Shown: in pieces, positions 47,821-59,230 of the stretch | How the letters are laid out: each line of letters starts with the position of its first letter | Numbering within the stretch: position 1 is the first letter of the stretch | DNA from: Candidatus Roizmanbacteria bacterium | GTDB lineage: Bacteria > Patescibacteriota > Microgenomatia > UBA1406 > HO2-37-13b | Assembly: GCA_038127095.1 (NCBI GenBank) | Contig: JAYPGZ010000001.1 | Coordinates: forward strand, 72,205-136,204 | Length of the DNA: 64,000 bases | Reading direction: 5' to 3' | Translations under genes and position numbers: made by a program | Notes under the pieces: generated by a model | The model's input: the letters and a program-made list of their open reading frames with translations, nothing else | The model's database searches: none | What the model was told of the DNA's origin: nothing

Positions 47821-47894
47821 GTCGATGTAGCTCAGTTGGATAGAGCAACTCCCTTCTAAGGAGTAGGTCGGGGGTTCAAGTCCTCCCATCGACG
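47821..47894 (+). tRNA. tRNA-Arg(TCT)
   Basis: GTCGATG/CATCGAC, anticodon arm ACTCC-CTTCTAA-GGAGT. Confidence 0.95.
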
Positions 47895-47897
47895 CAG

Positions 47898-49241
47898 TTA
47901 CTTTCGCTTCACTTCGTATTGATATGGATAGTACAAAAAGTTTGCAGGGGCTTCGTCTACGAGCGTTTTCTGAAATTGTTGATACACAGCTTTCCGTTGA
48001 GCGACTTTAATAAATTTGCGGCCGTCTTCTAATTCTTTATCGATCTTAACATTGTTAAGTCTTGTAATGTTGCCTTCTGTTTGCGTTGAATGCCAGTAAA
48101 AGTACTGATCAGGGTCTTGCGGAGGACTCCACGCTGTTAGTAACATTTCAAAGTCGGAAGGAATGTATGAAAGTATTTTTAGATTCACTTTTACTCCTAC
48201 CGCCTCAAAGTTTTTTTTAAGTTCTTCTGCAACCGAAATATACTCATAAAACGTTGTAAGCGAAAGTGTGGCAGATTCTGATGCGGATTTCTTTTCAATA
48301 ATTCCCTGTGCTTTTTCTGGGTCATATGCGTAGCGTTTCAAGTTGGAATAATATGCCCATGATGTTGGTGGAATTGGTCCACTTGCAGGCTGTCCATTCA
48401 CCTTTTCAGGGGGCGTGGCATAATTGAGTGCTCTTCTAAAATCATTATCTTCTAACACGCCGGCTTTAGTATTGTAAAAAAGTGTCATAATTTGGCTATA
48501 ATCGACCGATTTGGTAACGACAGAATTTTTCCATGACGAAAATGAATCGGCAACTGACTTACTCGACGTTTTAAATGTTCTAATTTCGCCACGTTTATAC
48601 GCATTAACTAATGCATCGTCATTTGCATACATCTTATAGGTAATAGCAGGCAAGTCTTTTTTATTAGGAATAAGATGTATCTCTGTAATTTTCCCCTTTG
48701 ATGCTTTATAGTTCTGACGGTCATAAACCCCAGCAATGCCGATTAATGGATATTTTATTAAAGGTCGAGTTAAATAAATTGGAAAGGTTGCGAGTTTTTG
48801 TGAAAGGTGAAATTCAATAGTGGAATCATCAATAACCTTCATGGTAATTCCTGTAAATTTGTAGGAAATATCACGAGCGGTAAAAGGTTTCTTATCACTC
48901 CAGTATAGGTTCTTTTTTAAATTAAACCGATATGTTTTTTCATCTTTACTAATTGTCCATGAATCTATGAGTAGAGGCACAATTTGACCTTTTTCATTGA
49001 TCTCTATGAGTGGATTAGATATTTGTGAAGCAATTTCTGCAGGTGGCGATTGTACTTCAAATTCCCCTTCAAGTCCAATAATTTCCTGCTTTGTAAATAG
49101 TGTTGCGTCGATAACTGGGTAGAAGTTTATTATAGAAAAAATCAAAAAAAAACTAGCGATGCAGCTTATTATCATAAAGCGTGCATTTTTACTGAAGAAC
49201 GCTCTTATGAGCCAATAGTAGTATCGAATCTTTTTATTCAC
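47898..49241 (-). CDS. ABC transporter substrate-binding protein (family 5, peptide/nickel)
   Basis: SWTISKDEKTYRFNLKKNLYWSD.KPFTARD, FRRALNYA, DPDQYFYWHS. Confidence 0.85.
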   Translation of the reverse strand: MNKKIRYYYWLIRAFFSKNARFMIISCIASFFLIFSIINFYPVIDATLFTKQEIIGLEGEFEVQSPPAEIASQISNPLIEINEKGQIVPLLIDSWTISKDEKTYRFNLKKNLYWSDKKPFTARDISYKFTGITMKVIDDSTIEFHLSQKLATFPIYLTRPLIKYPLIGIAGVYDRQNYKASKGKITEIHLIPNKKDLPAITYKMYANDDALVNAYKRGEIRTFKTSSKSVADSFSSWKNSVVTKSVDYSQIMTLFYNTKAGVLEDNDFRRALNYATPPEKVNGQPASGPIPPTSWAYYSNLKRYAYDPEKAQGIIEKKSASESATLSLTTFYEYISVAEELKKNFEAVGVKVNLKILSYIPSDFEMLLTAWSPPQDPDQYFYWHSTQTEGNITRLNNVKIDKELEDGRKFIKVAQRKAVYQQFQKTLVDEAPANFLYYPYQYEVKRK

Positions 49242-49245
49242 AAGC

Positions 49246-49452
49246 TTACGAAACCAAGTTAATCACTGAAACAATAAAGAAGAGCGTAATTAAAACAACC
49301 GTTGCTTGTAGAGTAACTTTTTCAATTCCGCGACGGGTTTGAAAAAACTCTCCTCCACCACCCCACGCACTTCCCAATCCAGCTCCGCGACCCTGCATGA
49401 GTATTAGTACCGTTATAAGTACGCTTAATATGATTGTTGCGATAAGTAACAT
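49246..49452 (-). CDS. secG: Preprotein translocase subunit SecG
   Basis: ILMQGRGAGLGSAWGG..TRRGIEKV; two TMs; start ATG 49452. Confidence 0.9.
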   Translation of the reverse strand: MLLIATIILSVLITVLILMQGRGAGLGSAWGGGGEFFQTRRGIEKVTLQATVVLITLFFIVSVINLVS

Positions 49453-49456
49453 ATGT

Positions 49457-50752
49457 TTAATTATACACCATTTTTTTGCTGCGAAGCAATAAGTGGTACT
49501 TTTTTGCGAAACGATGCGATTCATCACGTATTTCTTGGATAATTTTAAAGAATGTTGAATTTCGTTTGTAATGAGCTGGGCTAATACGTTCTCCAACGGT
49601 AAAAAGCCTATCAGGATGCTTTGCAATACCAATCATAGGAATAGTTACTTGTAATTCATGTAAAATTTTTCGAGTTGCACGAAGTTGAGGGGGTCCCCCG
49701 TCGATAACAAGTAGGTCGGGTTGCTGCCAGCTTTTTTGTCTAAAACGACGTGTAAGTACTTCTTGAAGCATCGCAAAATCTGAAATACCCTGAACTGTCT
49801 TGATTTTGAAACGGCGGTATTCCTTTTTTTCCATCCCGCTGTCTTGAAACACTACCATCGATGCCGTGGCATCTTTCCCAAATAAATTACTTATGTCGTA
49901 ACATTCAATTCTAAAATCATCATTAGTTTTACTTTTTCCAAAATTTGCTTGCATAAATTCTGCAATTGCGTCATGCATATTAGCTTTGCTAGTAACTCGT
50001 ATATCATCCCATGAAGAAAACGATCGTGCATGTAGTAAATTTTCAAGTAACAGTAGTTTATCGCGAATAATCAGCGCATCTTCGTAAGCCTCCTTTTTTG
50101 TAGCAACTACCAAATCTTTTTCTAGGTGTTTTAATACAAATGACGAATTACCATTAAGGATTTTGACAATTAATTTAATATTGTGTAAGTACGTTTTTTG
50201 AAGATCTTTTCTTTCAGACGCATGTTGTTTTTCTATTTCAGCAGGGCATGGGTTACAAAGTCCAATTTTTGAATAAAAACAAGCTGCTTTCCCAATTGTT
50301 TTTTGCGTGCAAAATGGAATTATTTTTCTGATATGTAATACTAGCGATCGAGTAAGGCGATTTGATTGAAATGGTCCAAAGTAGATAGACTTATTATCGT
50401 TTTCGCGACGTACTAAGGTAATTTTCGGATATTGATCATGTATAGATATTTTAATGTATAAATAGCTTTTGTCATCTTTTAGTTGTATGTTGTATTGTGG
50501 CCTGTATTTTCGAACCAAATTTGCTTCTAAAATAATTGCTTCAAAATCAGAAAGAGTTTGCGTAAAATCAACTCGATCAGCCTGTTCTATAATTGCCCGC
50601 TCTTTTCTATCGAGCTTTGCATTTTGTATGTGTGATGCAAGTCGAGCTTTCAGATTAACTGCCTTTCCAATATAAATGGGGACATCGTTTTTATAAAAAA
50701 AATATACCCCAGTGGTCGAAGGTATCGACACTATGTTTTTAGAAGTTATCAT
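49457..50752 (-). CDS. uvrC: Excinuclease ABC subunit C (short form)
   Basis: GIY-YIG (GVYFF..IYIGKA.NL), RIECYDISN, PDLLVIDGG, RDESHRFA. Confidence 0.93.
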   Translation of the reverse strand: MITSKNIVSIPSTTGVYFFYKNDVPIYIGKAVNLKARLASHIQNAKLDRKERAIIEQADRVDFTQTLSDFEAIILEANLVRKYRPQYNIQLKDDKSYLYIKISIHDQYPKITLVRRENDNKSIYFGPFQSNRLTRSLVLHIRKIIPFCTQKTIGKAACFYSKIGLCNPCPAEIEKQHASERKDLQKTYLHNIKLIVKILNGNSSFVLKHLEKDLVVATKKEAYEDALIIRDKLLLLENLLHARSFSSWDDIRVTSKANMHDAIAEFMQANFGKSKTNDDFRIECYDISNLFGKDATASMVVFQDSGMEKKEYRRFKIKTVQGISDFAMLQEVLTRRFRQKSWQQPDLLVIDGGPPQLRATRKILHELQVTIPMIGIAKHPDRLFTVGERISPAHYKRNSTFFKIIQEIRDESHRFAKKYHLLLRSKKMVYN

Positions 50753-52584
50753 GAAATTCTTTGTTTAATATAACGAAAGAAAAGAAATATAAGAATTACA
50801 ATAGCGATACCAATACCCAATAGATAGTTAATAATCGATTCAATAGAAGATTGAACGGTTAGTTTATGTGACGCAATTTCGATATTATTTTGAAGTAAGC
50901 TAATACTAGCATTGTTATTTTGTGAAGCATTCTTTGAGACAGCAAAACTAAATGGTATTTCACGTTTTTCATGTGGAGCAACAAGTGCTGCCGAAAGTAC
51001 AGCGGGCTTAAAGGTGAGCGATGTACTTTTAATGTGAATAAGCTGGTCGTGGAGAAACACATTGCTGTTATTTTCAATAACAACTGTTCCGTGTCCGGTT
51101 GCGAGTGGCGCGATGGTATCTTTCATATTAATAGTAGTCGTGACGGATTTGTTTTCTTTAGGTAAAGATGCAATGGGTTTAATATCGATGTCTTTTTGAT
51201 CGCGAACTTTATACATTCCGGCTGGTAAAGGATATACCGGATCTTTTCCATGAATAGCGAGCGTTATGTGATTAAAGTCGAAAGAATTAAAGTAATCGAT
51301 ATTTGACGTATCTGTCCACGTAGGATCGGTCGGAATCCATATGTTTTGTGTTTCGTCGTAATATTCAGGCCACGAATGTAGCATATCACCTGAAAATGAC
51401 TGCGGACGGAGCGTGTTATCGTCGCTGTATGCATAGCCCTCTATTTCACGTGCAGGAATGCCTGCGTTACGAGCTAATGCTACAAATAAATCGGTATATT
51501 CGGTACATACAGCCTGTGTTGGATTATTAAGTGCAAACTGGGCACCCTTTCGAGAACCAGAAGACTTAATTTGGCTACTATCATATTGAAGATGGCTTAC
51601 TACTCGATCAAATACTTCTTGAATATTGGTTATTTTTGAAGAAAATGAGTAATTTTTGGGAATGTTCCAATAGGACACATTATTATAAATATATTTCTCC
51701 TGCTCTTTAAACGCCTTTTCGTTAAAAGATTTCATATGTAATTTAGGGCGCGCAAAAACTTCTACTACAGCGGAATAGTGCACGGTCATTTCTTGCTTTG
51801 GTTTGAGCATATATTCCGCTAGGTAATTTCCATCGGAATCAATATATGTGCGAGCAGGTTTTGGATCAATAAAATTTTCATGTATTTTCTGATATGCTGT
51901 CTGAGGTGGTAGTGCAATTGCTGTTTTTTTAGTTAGTAAATCGGGGTTTTTGATTGTGTATGTTAAATTAGTTTGATATCGTTGTGAAGTTCCAAACGCC
52001 ACATATATTACAGGAGTTTTTACATTATCCCACCGTATAGTTGTACCATTCACCTGAGAAGGTTCCGGTTTAATTACTCCAACATGACGATCGACTCCTG
52101 GTGGAACATGGAGTAAGGCAGAAAATTGCGAATCATTGTCGCTAGAAACAGTAGGTAAAATAATTTCCCATATTGACCCAACATGTTTTATGCCGTTTTT
52201 CTGAACATAGGTGAATTCTAAATTCGTTTGATTATTTTTTGTAGCAGAGCTTTCAGGTAGTGTAAAAAGTATTTGCGTACTGTTTTTTTGGGATTTAATT
52301 TGTGCTTGAACTGCCTCATTCTCAATTTTTGTTTGGGGATTACTAATTGCAAAATGCGGAGGAAGACTAATGCTAAATTCTCGGACATATATATCTGATC
52401 GTAAATTTTGTAGAGATATTTGTAAAGTTACTCCTAAATCAGTTTCATTAAGGGGTGTATATTCGGCATTATAAACAACCTTATAAGGTGTAGCTGTAGC
52501 ATACGCACGCTGGGGTGTGAAAAGAGTAATAAACAATAAAAAAAGAGCTGAAAGAAAATGTAAGCGTCGATCAAAAACAGTCAT
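50749..52584 (-). CDS. Secreted transglutaminase-like domain protein with C-terminal TM
   Basis: AVCTEYTDLFVALARNAGIPAR, HSWPEYY, DPTW. Confidence 0.88.
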   Translation of the reverse strand: MTVFDRRLHFLSALFLLFITLFTPQRAYATATPYKVVYNAEYTPLNETDLGVTLQISLQNLRSDIYVREFSISLPPHFAISNPQTKIENEAVQAQIKSQKNSTQILFTLPESSATKNNQTNLEFTYVQKNGIKHVGSIWEIILPTVSSDNDSQFSALLHVPPGVDRHVGVIKPEPSQVNGTTIRWDNVKTPVIYVAFGTSQRYQTNLTYTIKNPDLLTKKTAIALPPQTAYQKIHENFIDPKPARTYIDSDGNYLAEYMLKPKQEMTVHYSAVVEVFARPKLHMKSFNEKAFKEQEKYIYNNVSYWNIPKNYSFSSKITNIQEVFDRVVSHLQYDSSQIKSSGSRKGAQFALNNPTQAVCTEYTDLFVALARNAGIPAREIEGYAYSDDNTLRPQSFSGDMLHSWPEYYDETQNIWIPTDPTWTDTSNIDYFNSFDFNHITLAIHGKDPVYPLPAGMYKVRDQKDIDIKPIASLPKENKSVTTTINMKDTIAPLATGHGTVVIENNSNVFLHDQLIHIKSTSLTFKPAVLSAALVAPHEKREIPFSFAVSKNASQNNNASISLLQNNIEIASHKLTVQSSIESIINYLLGIGIAIVILIFLFFRYIKQRIS

Positions 52585-52593
52585 GCTTATATT

Positions 52594-55470
52594 TTACCTT
52601 AAATATTCGGATAAGTACTTACCGGTAAATGAATCTTTATTTTCAAGTAATCCTCCCAAAGGACCTTGATACAATAATTGACCGCCTCCTTGTCCACCGA
52701 GTGGACCCATATCAATAACATATTGACTATTTTTTATAACTTCAAGATTATGTTCAATAACAATGACCGTATTTCCCTTTTCCACCAGTTTGTATAAAGT
52801 CGCAAGCAACTTCTCTACATCATACAAGTGAAGACCGGTTGTTGGTTCATCAAGTATATATAAGGTTCGGCCTGTTTCTTTTTTCGCTAGTTCATTTGCG
52901 AGTTTTATTCGTTGTGCTTCTCCGCCCGAAAGGGTTGGGGCGCTTTGCCCTAGTTCCATGTATCCGACGCCTACATCTTGCAATGTTTTAAGTTTAGGGG
53001 CTAACTGTGGAATACTTTTAAAAAATTCAGCAGCTTCATCGATTGGCATGTCTAGCACATCTTTAATACTCTTTCCTTTGTAAAGTACTTCTAGTGTTTG
53101 GCTGTTATATCGGGCGCCTTTACAAACATCGCATTTAACATAAACATCGGGTAAAAATTGCATTTCTATTTTAATTGTTCCTGCGCCTTGACATTTTTCG
53201 CATCGACCACCTTTGACATTGAATGAGAAACGTCCTTTTGCAAAACCACGTATTTTGGCATCTGGAGTTTGTGCAAAAATATCGCGTATGTGATCAAAGA
53301 TTCCCATGTAAGTAGCAGGGTTTGAACGAGGAGTTTTCCCTATGCTTGATTGATCTACAAGATACACTTTGTCAAGATATTGATATCCCAATAACTGATC
53401 GAAAGTACCCTGGGAAAGTTTAAATGACCCTTCTAAATAATATCGCAAGGCTTTGTAAAGAGTTTCAACGATAAGTGTTGATTTTCCTGAACCCGATACG
53501 CCCGTTACACTTATTAAATTGCCCAATGGAAATTTTGCAGAAACATTTTTTAAGTTAAATTGTTTGCAGCCTGTTATTTCAATATATCCATAATTTTTAG
53601 GTGAAAGGGTATGCTCGTGAGCAATATTTTTTTTGAACATGTATTTTGCTGTCAGTGAATTTTTGCTTTTTTTCAATTCTTCCAAACTTCCTTGAAAGAT
53701 TACTTTTCCACCGTGTTTTCCTGCTTTTGGACCAAAATCTACAATATGGTCAGCTGCTAGAATTGTTTCGGTATCATGTTCTACAACAATGAGTGTATTT
53801 CCCAGATTGCATAAGTTTCGCAAAGAATCTACCAGAGCAGCTACGTCTTTTGAATGGAGTCCAATTGAAGGTTCATCGAGAACATATATAACGCCGGTAA
53901 GTCCACTTCCTATTTGAGAAGCGAGTCGTATACGTTGTGATTCTCCACCTGAAAGACTTGCCGCTGTGCGTCCTAATGTAAGATATGTTAATCCGACATT
54001 TTCAAGAAATGTTAATCGCGCAATGATTTCTGTAATAATATTTTCCGATACCTCTCTGTTGTATCCTGATAAACCTTTATGAATATTTTTTGTAAAGGTA
54101 AGGAGTGTTTCTATTGAAAAACTAGCTAAATCTATAATATTTTTTTCATCAATTTTAATACTCAGTACTTCAGGTTTTAAGCGCATTCCATGGCATGCGG
54201 TGCATTCTTCATCAGTCATATATTTTTCGATTTCGTGCGACATAAATTCCGAAGAACTTTCGCCATATCGGCGATACAATTCCGGAATTATTCCTATAAA
54301 TGTTTCTTTTATAACCGTGTCATTGCCAAAGCGATTTTGACCATGTACTTTATATGTCTTATTGTTTCCATGAAGTAGTATTTGTAATTTATCTTCGTCT
54401 ACGTAGCTTAAATTTACCGATGTATCAATATTTAGGTCATCCAATACTGTTTTAAGGGTTCGCGCATACCAGGTATTGAACGAAAGTACTTTGCCAAAGG
54501 GTACAATAGCTCCCTGCTCAATTGAAAGTCTTCTATTAAGTACTAGTTCAGGTGCAATTCGAACAATGTATCCTAAACCCTTACACGTTTCACACGCTCC
54601 CACTGGTGAATTAAACGAAAACATGCGTGGTTCAATTTCAGCAAGTGCAAAATCACATTGTGGACATGCAAACTTTTCGGAAAATAAGTGGCTACTTTCA
54701 GGAGCTTGTAAAAGTATTTTTCCGTCCGACAATTTCACTCCTTGTTCAACCGTTTCTGCGATGCGTTTTTTAAGACTTTTGACCAGATCTTTATTTTTTG
54801 TATCAGCATGCGAAAGAGAAAAACTCATAATTACTGCAGAAATAGTGTGCTTATTATTTTTTTCAAGCGCAGGTAGTTTATCGCCGGTAACCCTGGTGCC
54901 ATCAACAATCAAATCTGTATATCCTTTCGATCGTAAGTTTCCAAAAAGTGGGGTGAATTCTCCTTTTCTTTCAGTAACTATTGGCGAAAGTAGCAGAAAT
55001 TGCTGTGGTGCAAGCTTATATTTTTTTGTGTACTCAACGGAATATTCAACAATTTTTTCTGTAATTTCATCAATAGAAAGTCGACTAATGAGTGTTCCAT
55101 CGTTGGGACAATACGGAACTCCGATTCGAGCATACAGTAAACGTAAATAGTCATAAATTTCGGTAATTGTACCCACTGTAGATCGAGGATTTTTTCCAAC
55201 TGACTTTTGATCAATTGAAATCGATGGTGATAAACCTTCGATAAAATCGACATCTGGTTTATCCATGACACCTAAAAATTGCCGAGCATATGAAGAGAGT
55301 GATTCTACATAACGGCGTTGACCTTCTGCATAAATCGTATCAAATGCCAATGATGATTTTCCCGATCCAGAGACGCCTGTAAAAACAACCATTTTATTCT
55401 TGGGGATTGTTAAATCGACATTTTTAAGATTGTGCTCGCGAGCACCTTTAATTACTATTGAGTCATTCAT
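52594..55470 (-). CDS. uvrA: Excinuclease ABC subunit A
   Basis: GAREHNLKN, two GVSGSGKS motifs, LSGGE signatures. Confidence 0.98.
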   Translation of the reverse strand: MNDSIVIKGAREHNLKNVDLTIPKNKMVVFTGVSGSGKSSLAFDTIYAEGQRRYVESLSSYARQFLGVMDKPDVDFIEGLSPSISIDQKSVGKNPRSTVGTITEIYDYLRLLYARIGVPYCPNDGTLISRLSIDEITEKIVEYSVEYTKKYKLAPQQFLLLSPIVTERKGEFTPLFGNLRSKGYTDLIVDGTRVTGDKLPALEKNNKHTISAVIMSFSLSHADTKNKDLVKSLKKRIAETVEQGVKLSDGKILLQAPESSHLFSEKFACPQCDFALAEIEPRMFSFNSPVGACETCKGLGYIVRIAPELVLNRRLSIEQGAIVPFGKVLSFNTWYARTLKTVLDDLNIDTSVNLSYVDEDKLQILLHGNNKTYKVHGQNRFGNDTVIKETFIGIIPELYRRYGESSSEFMSHEIEKYMTDEECTACHGMRLKPEVLSIKIDEKNIIDLASFSIETLLTFTKNIHKGLSGYNREVSENIITEIIARLTFLENVGLTYLTLGRTAASLSGGESQRIRLASQIGSGLTGVIYVLDEPSIGLHSKDVAALVDSLRNLCNLGNTLIVVEHDTETILAADHIVDFGPKAGKHGGKVIFQGSLEELKKSKNSLTAKYMFKKNIAHEHTLSPKNYGYIEITGCKQFNLKNVSAKFPLGNLISVTGVSGSGKSTLIVETLYKALRYYLEGSFKLSQGTFDQLLGYQYLDKVYLVDQSSIGKTPRSNPATYMGIFDHIRDIFAQTPDAKIRGFAKGRFSFNVKGGRCEKCQGAGTIKIEMQFLPDVYVKCDVCKGARYNSQTLEVLYKGKSIKDVLDMPIDEAAEFFKSIPQLAPKLKTLQDVGVGYMELGQSAPTLSGGEAQRIKLANELAKKETGRTLYILDEPTTGLHLYDVEKLLATLYKLVEKGNTVIVIEHNLEVIKNSQYVIDMGPLGGQGGGQLLYQGPLGGLLENKDSFTGKYLSEYLR

Positions 55471-55473
55471 AAT

Positions 55474-57489
55474 TTATGATTTTTCAATTTCAATAATTTT
55501 ATTTCTAATTGCTATTGCGGCTTCAAAATGTAGTTCACGAGCTTGTTTTTTCATTTCCTTGCGCAAGCTATCGATCAAGTTTTTTTTGTCTTGAGGAGTA
55601 AGTGAACTTATATTTATTGATTCGATTGCTTCATATGCTGCCAAAAGCGACATATCGTCTTGTCGTTTTTGTTCCTGTTTAATAATGTCTTTTTTGATTG
55701 CCTTAATAATTGTAGTCGGTGTAATATTGTGCGTCTTATTATACTGTAATTGATATTCCCGACGTCGAGTAACCTCTTCTACTGCCTCTTTAATAGACTT
55801 AGTCATTTTGTCGGCGTAGATAATGACTTCTCCGCCAATATTTCGAGCAGCCCGTCCCATTGTTTGAATAAGTGCTGTTTTACTTCGTAAGAAACCTTCG
55901 TTATCTGCATCTAAAATTGCAACAAGTGTTACTTCGGGTATATCAATTCCTTCGCGAAGCAAATTAATTCCAACTAATACATCAAAATCAGCCATTCGAA
56001 GTTTATTGAGAATTTCTGATCGGTCAAGCGTGTGAATATCGGAATGCAAATATTCTGCCTTTATGCCAGCCTCTTTTAAATATGTAGTTAAATCTTCCGC
56101 AATCCGCTTTGTAAGTGATGCAACAAGTACTCGCTCCTTTTTTGCAACACGTTTCTTAATTTCTTCAATTAAATCTGGAATTTCTGTACTACTTTTACGA
56201 ATGCTAATTGGAGGATCAACAATACCGGTTGGACGTACTAATTGTTCAACTACTTTATTTTCTGCAAGTTCTACTTCATACTCATTTGGTGTTGCCGAAA
56301 CGTAAATTGCGCGGTGTAGCGTGTTATAAAACTCATTAAATTTCATGGGGCGATTATCCAAACTTGATTCTAGTCGGAAACCGTAATCAATGAGTGTTCG
56401 CTTTCGTGCCTGATCTCCGTTATACATTCCTCGAATTTGTGGTAATGTCATGTGTGATTCGTCTACGAACACAAGCCAATCTTTACCGAATCGATGATTA
56501 AAATATCCAAGCAGTGAATTGGGAGGATCTCCGGGGTTTCGACCGTCAAAATATCGAGAATAATTTTCGATCCCATTTACATACCCCATTTCCTTAAGCA
56601 TTTCCAAGTCGTAATTTACTTTTTTAAGTAAACGACGTGCTTCAAATTCTTTGCCTTTTTTGAGAAGTTGTTTATATTCTTTCTCTAGATCAGCTCGTAT
56701 CTGGCTTTCAGCATCTTCAAGAGCATCCATGCTGGTCATGTATTGTTTAGCCGGATATAAAATAATTGACTCATCGGCATTCGTTTTTTTTTCAATAGTT
56801 TCACCTGTTAGCGGGTCCATTTTAGTAATTTGTACAACTTTGTTGTTTTGTAATTCAACTCGATACCCAAAGTCGTCAGATGCAGGATACATGTCGATAT
56901 GATCTCCGCGAACTCTAAAGGTTCCCCGTTTGAAATCGTATTCTGAGCGTTCATATTGCAGTTCAATAAGCCGCTTCATAATGTCTTTCTGATCATACAT
57001 CTGCCCAACTTTAAGCTCAAGAATAAACTTTCCAAACTCTATTGGAGAGCCGATGTTATAAATACAAGAAACAGAAGCAACGACTATTGGATCAGGGCGA
57101 GTGAGAATGTTGCTGGTAGAGGCTAATCGGAGTTTGTCGATTGTTTCATTAATCTGTGCCTCTTTTTCGATGTATGTATCGGTGGAAGGAATATATGCTT
57201 CAGGCTGGTAATAATCGTAGTAGGAAACAAAGTATGAAACTGCGTTTTCTGGAAAAAAATCACGCATTTCTTGATACAGTTGACCAGCAAGAGTCTTATT
57301 GTGTGAGATTATAAGTGCAGGCATTTGCGATTGTTCAATAACCTGCGCCATAGTGAACGTTTTTCCAGAACCGGTTACTCCCAACAGTACTTGATTTTTT
57401 TTACCCGCATGAATGCCTTCCACTAACTGGTTTGTTGCTTTAATCTGTTCATCAATTGGGGGGAATTGGGAATGGATTTTGAATTTCAT
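55474..57489 (-). CDS. uvrB: Excinuclease ABC subunit B
   Basis: [32 protein letters not shown]. Confidence 0.98.
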   Translation of the reverse strand: MKFKIHSQFPPIDEQIKATNQLVEGIHAGKKNQVLLGVTGSGKTFTMAQVIEQSQMPALIISHNKTLAGQLYQEMRDFFPENAVSYFVSYYDYYQPEAYIPSTDTYIEKEAQINETIDKLRLASTSNILTRPDPIVVASVSCIYNIGSPIEFGKFILELKVGQMYDQKDIMKRLIELQYERSEYDFKRGTFRVRGDHIDMYPASDDFGYRVELQNNKVVQITKMDPLTGETIEKKTNADESIILYPAKQYMTSMDALEDAESQIRADLEKEYKQLLKKGKEFEARRLLKKVNYDLEMLKEMGYVNGIENYSRYFDGRNPGDPPNSLLGYFNHRFGKDWLVFVDESHMTLPQIRGMYNGDQARKRTLIDYGFRLESSLDNRPMKFNEFYNTLHRAIYVSATPNEYEVELAENKVVEQLVRPTGIVDPPISIRKSSTEIPDLIEEIKKRVAKKERVLVASLTKRIAEDLTTYLKEAGIKAEYLHSDIHTLDRSEILNKLRMADFDVLVGINLLREGIDIPEVTLVAILDADNEGFLRSKTALIQTMGRAARNIGGEVIIYADKMTKSIKEAVEEVTRRREYQLQYNKTHNITPTTIIKAIKKDIIKQEQKRQDDMSLLAAYEAIESINISSLTPQDKKNLIDSLRKEMKKQARELHFEAAIAIRNKIIEIEKS

Positions 57490-57568
57490 GCTGACCTATA
57501 ATTGTACCACAGACATGGTAAAACCGTACAATGAGTGGAGCCGATTTTCGAAGGTAAAGAAATTTATA

Positions 57569-57892
57569 TCAGGACAACTCAGAAACAGTCATTGTTGGTA
57601 AGATTTCACCGACTAACTGAACGGTTCTTGATCGTACAACGCGTTTATTTCCATCTGGAATACCCAGTGTCCTTGAATTTCCAGATATTATAACTTGCTC
57701 TGGGTATATACCCATAAACCCTGCATCTTTATCGTCGGAAGTCAAATCTAAATTATCTTCATCGACAAGATTTCTATGCGTGGCATCTAAATTATCGGGA
57801 GGTGGTACGCTGATAAAATCACCCACCCGTACATATTTTACAAATATACCAGCCTGGGTAATTGGGTTATATGAACCGCCTTCTAATTTCAT
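57569..57892 (-). CDS. Hypothetical protein
   Basis: 107-aa ORF divergent from rsmI. Confidence 0.5.
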   Translation of the reverse strand: MKLEGGSYNPITQAGIFVKYVRVGDFISVPPPDNLDATHRNLVDEDNLDLTSDDKDAGFMGIYPEQVIISGNSRTLGIPDGNKRVVRSRTVQLVGEILPTMTVSELS

Positions 57893-57938
57893 GCACGTAG
57901 TATATCATGATTTTAAACTTATAGTGTACAATAAGTGT

Positions 57939-58628
57939 ATGTTATTCATAATTGGTACTCCGCTTGGAAATGCAAGCGATATCTCCTTACGCGCAGTTCA
58001 GACGCTTATTAATGCCGATGTTATTTTGGCTGAAGATACTCGCTCATTCGCAACGTTTTACCCTATTATCCAGGATTTGTATAAATTAGCCCCTACTAAA
58101 GAGCAAAAAATACTCTCGTTTTATAAAGACAATGAGTTCGAAAAACTCCCTTCTGTACTTGAGTGGCTAAACGATGGACTTGAAATTGCACTTGTTTCGG
58201 AATCTGGAATGCCACTTGTCTCTGATCCTGGCTCGCCTTTGATACAACACTTAACAGCCAATCATATTGCATTTACTGTGATTCCTGGTCCAACAGCATT
58301 TGTGAATGCGGCAGTGCTTTCTGGATTTAAATTTAAATCGATTATACATAGTGGCTTTTTGCCAAAAAAGAACTCTGAAGTTCTTAAAGCAATTGATACC
58401 ATGCTTACTACGGCTCAAAACATGGAACAACCTATTTTTACTTTCTACGAATCCCCCTTTAGAATTAACGAAACGCTTGAATTACTTAGTCAAAAAGCTC
58501 CAAAAGCCCAAGTGGCAATTTGTCGAGAAATGACAAAGAAGTTCGAAGAGATCGTAAGGGGAACTGCACAAGAACTCTTAAAAAACTCCTATAAAGGAGA
58601 ATTGACTGTTGTGATAAGCTGCCTGTGA
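57939..58628 (+). CDS. rsmI: 16S rRNA C1402 2'-O-methyltransferase
   Basis: GTPLGN..DIS.RA, AEDTR, SESGMPLVSDPG, YESPFRI, REMTKKFEE. Confidence 0.93.
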   Translation: MLFIIGTPLGNASDISLRAVQTLINADVILAEDTRSFATFYPIIQDLYKLAPTKEQKILSFYKDNEFEKLPSVLEWLNDGLEIALVSESGMPLVSDPGSPLIQHLTANHIAFTVIPGPTAFVNAAVLSGFKFKSIIHSGFLPKKNSEVLKAIDTMLTTAQNMEQPIFTFYESPFRINETLELLSQKAPKAQVAICREMTKKFEEIVRGTAQELLKNSYKGELTVVISCL

Positions 58629-58643
58629 TATAATGATTCCTTC

Positions 58644-59129
58644 ATGAAAGAAAAGGCTGGATTTCACCAAACTACTTTAGTCGATCATTTAGCTCCTCTT
58701 CAAACGGGTATTGCACGCGATGATGTTCCATTTTATGTTCGACTGCTTGATAATGTATACGCTGGTGAACCTGAGCCCAAACAACAGCATGTAGGAGTTT
58801 CTCCTCATGTTCTTGCCGCACAGAGGGTTATAACCGATCATTCATCGGGAATCACCTATTTTGCAAACCTTTTTACTGAATCTGTGAAAAAAAACCCCTT
58901 TGATGTAAGATTGAAAGATTGGCAATTTGGCACAGAAGACCTTATCGGAATACGAAGAAAAATTGTGGAAGTATTGCGTACATATGTTACATATTTAATT
59001 TCGCAACAGGCTACTCGAAAAGAGAATAATCTGGAGCCAGATGAATATTTTCATGAAGAAATATTACGTAATTCAAAATTAATTGATGTACTATCGGCAG
59101 GACTGGAAGAATCAGACCAAGAGCAATAG
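58644..59129 (+). CDS. Hypothetical protein
   Basis: 161-aa ORF with TATAAT just upstream. Confidence 0.6.
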   Translation: MKEKAGFHQTTLVDHLAPLQTGIARDDVPFYVRLLDNVYAGEPEPKQQHVGVSPHVLAAQRVITDHSSGITYFANLFTESVKKNPFDVRLKDWQFGTEDLIGIRRKIVEVLRTYVTYLISQQATRKENNLEPDEYFHEEILRNSKLIDVLSAGLEESDQEQ

Positions 59130-59230
59130 CAAATGTTTTAGTTCGCATGACACAAGGTTATTTGACTGAGTCAAATAACTCGAGTTTGTGCTACGGGTAC
59201 TAGTGAATGAGTTGAGAACAAATAATATAT

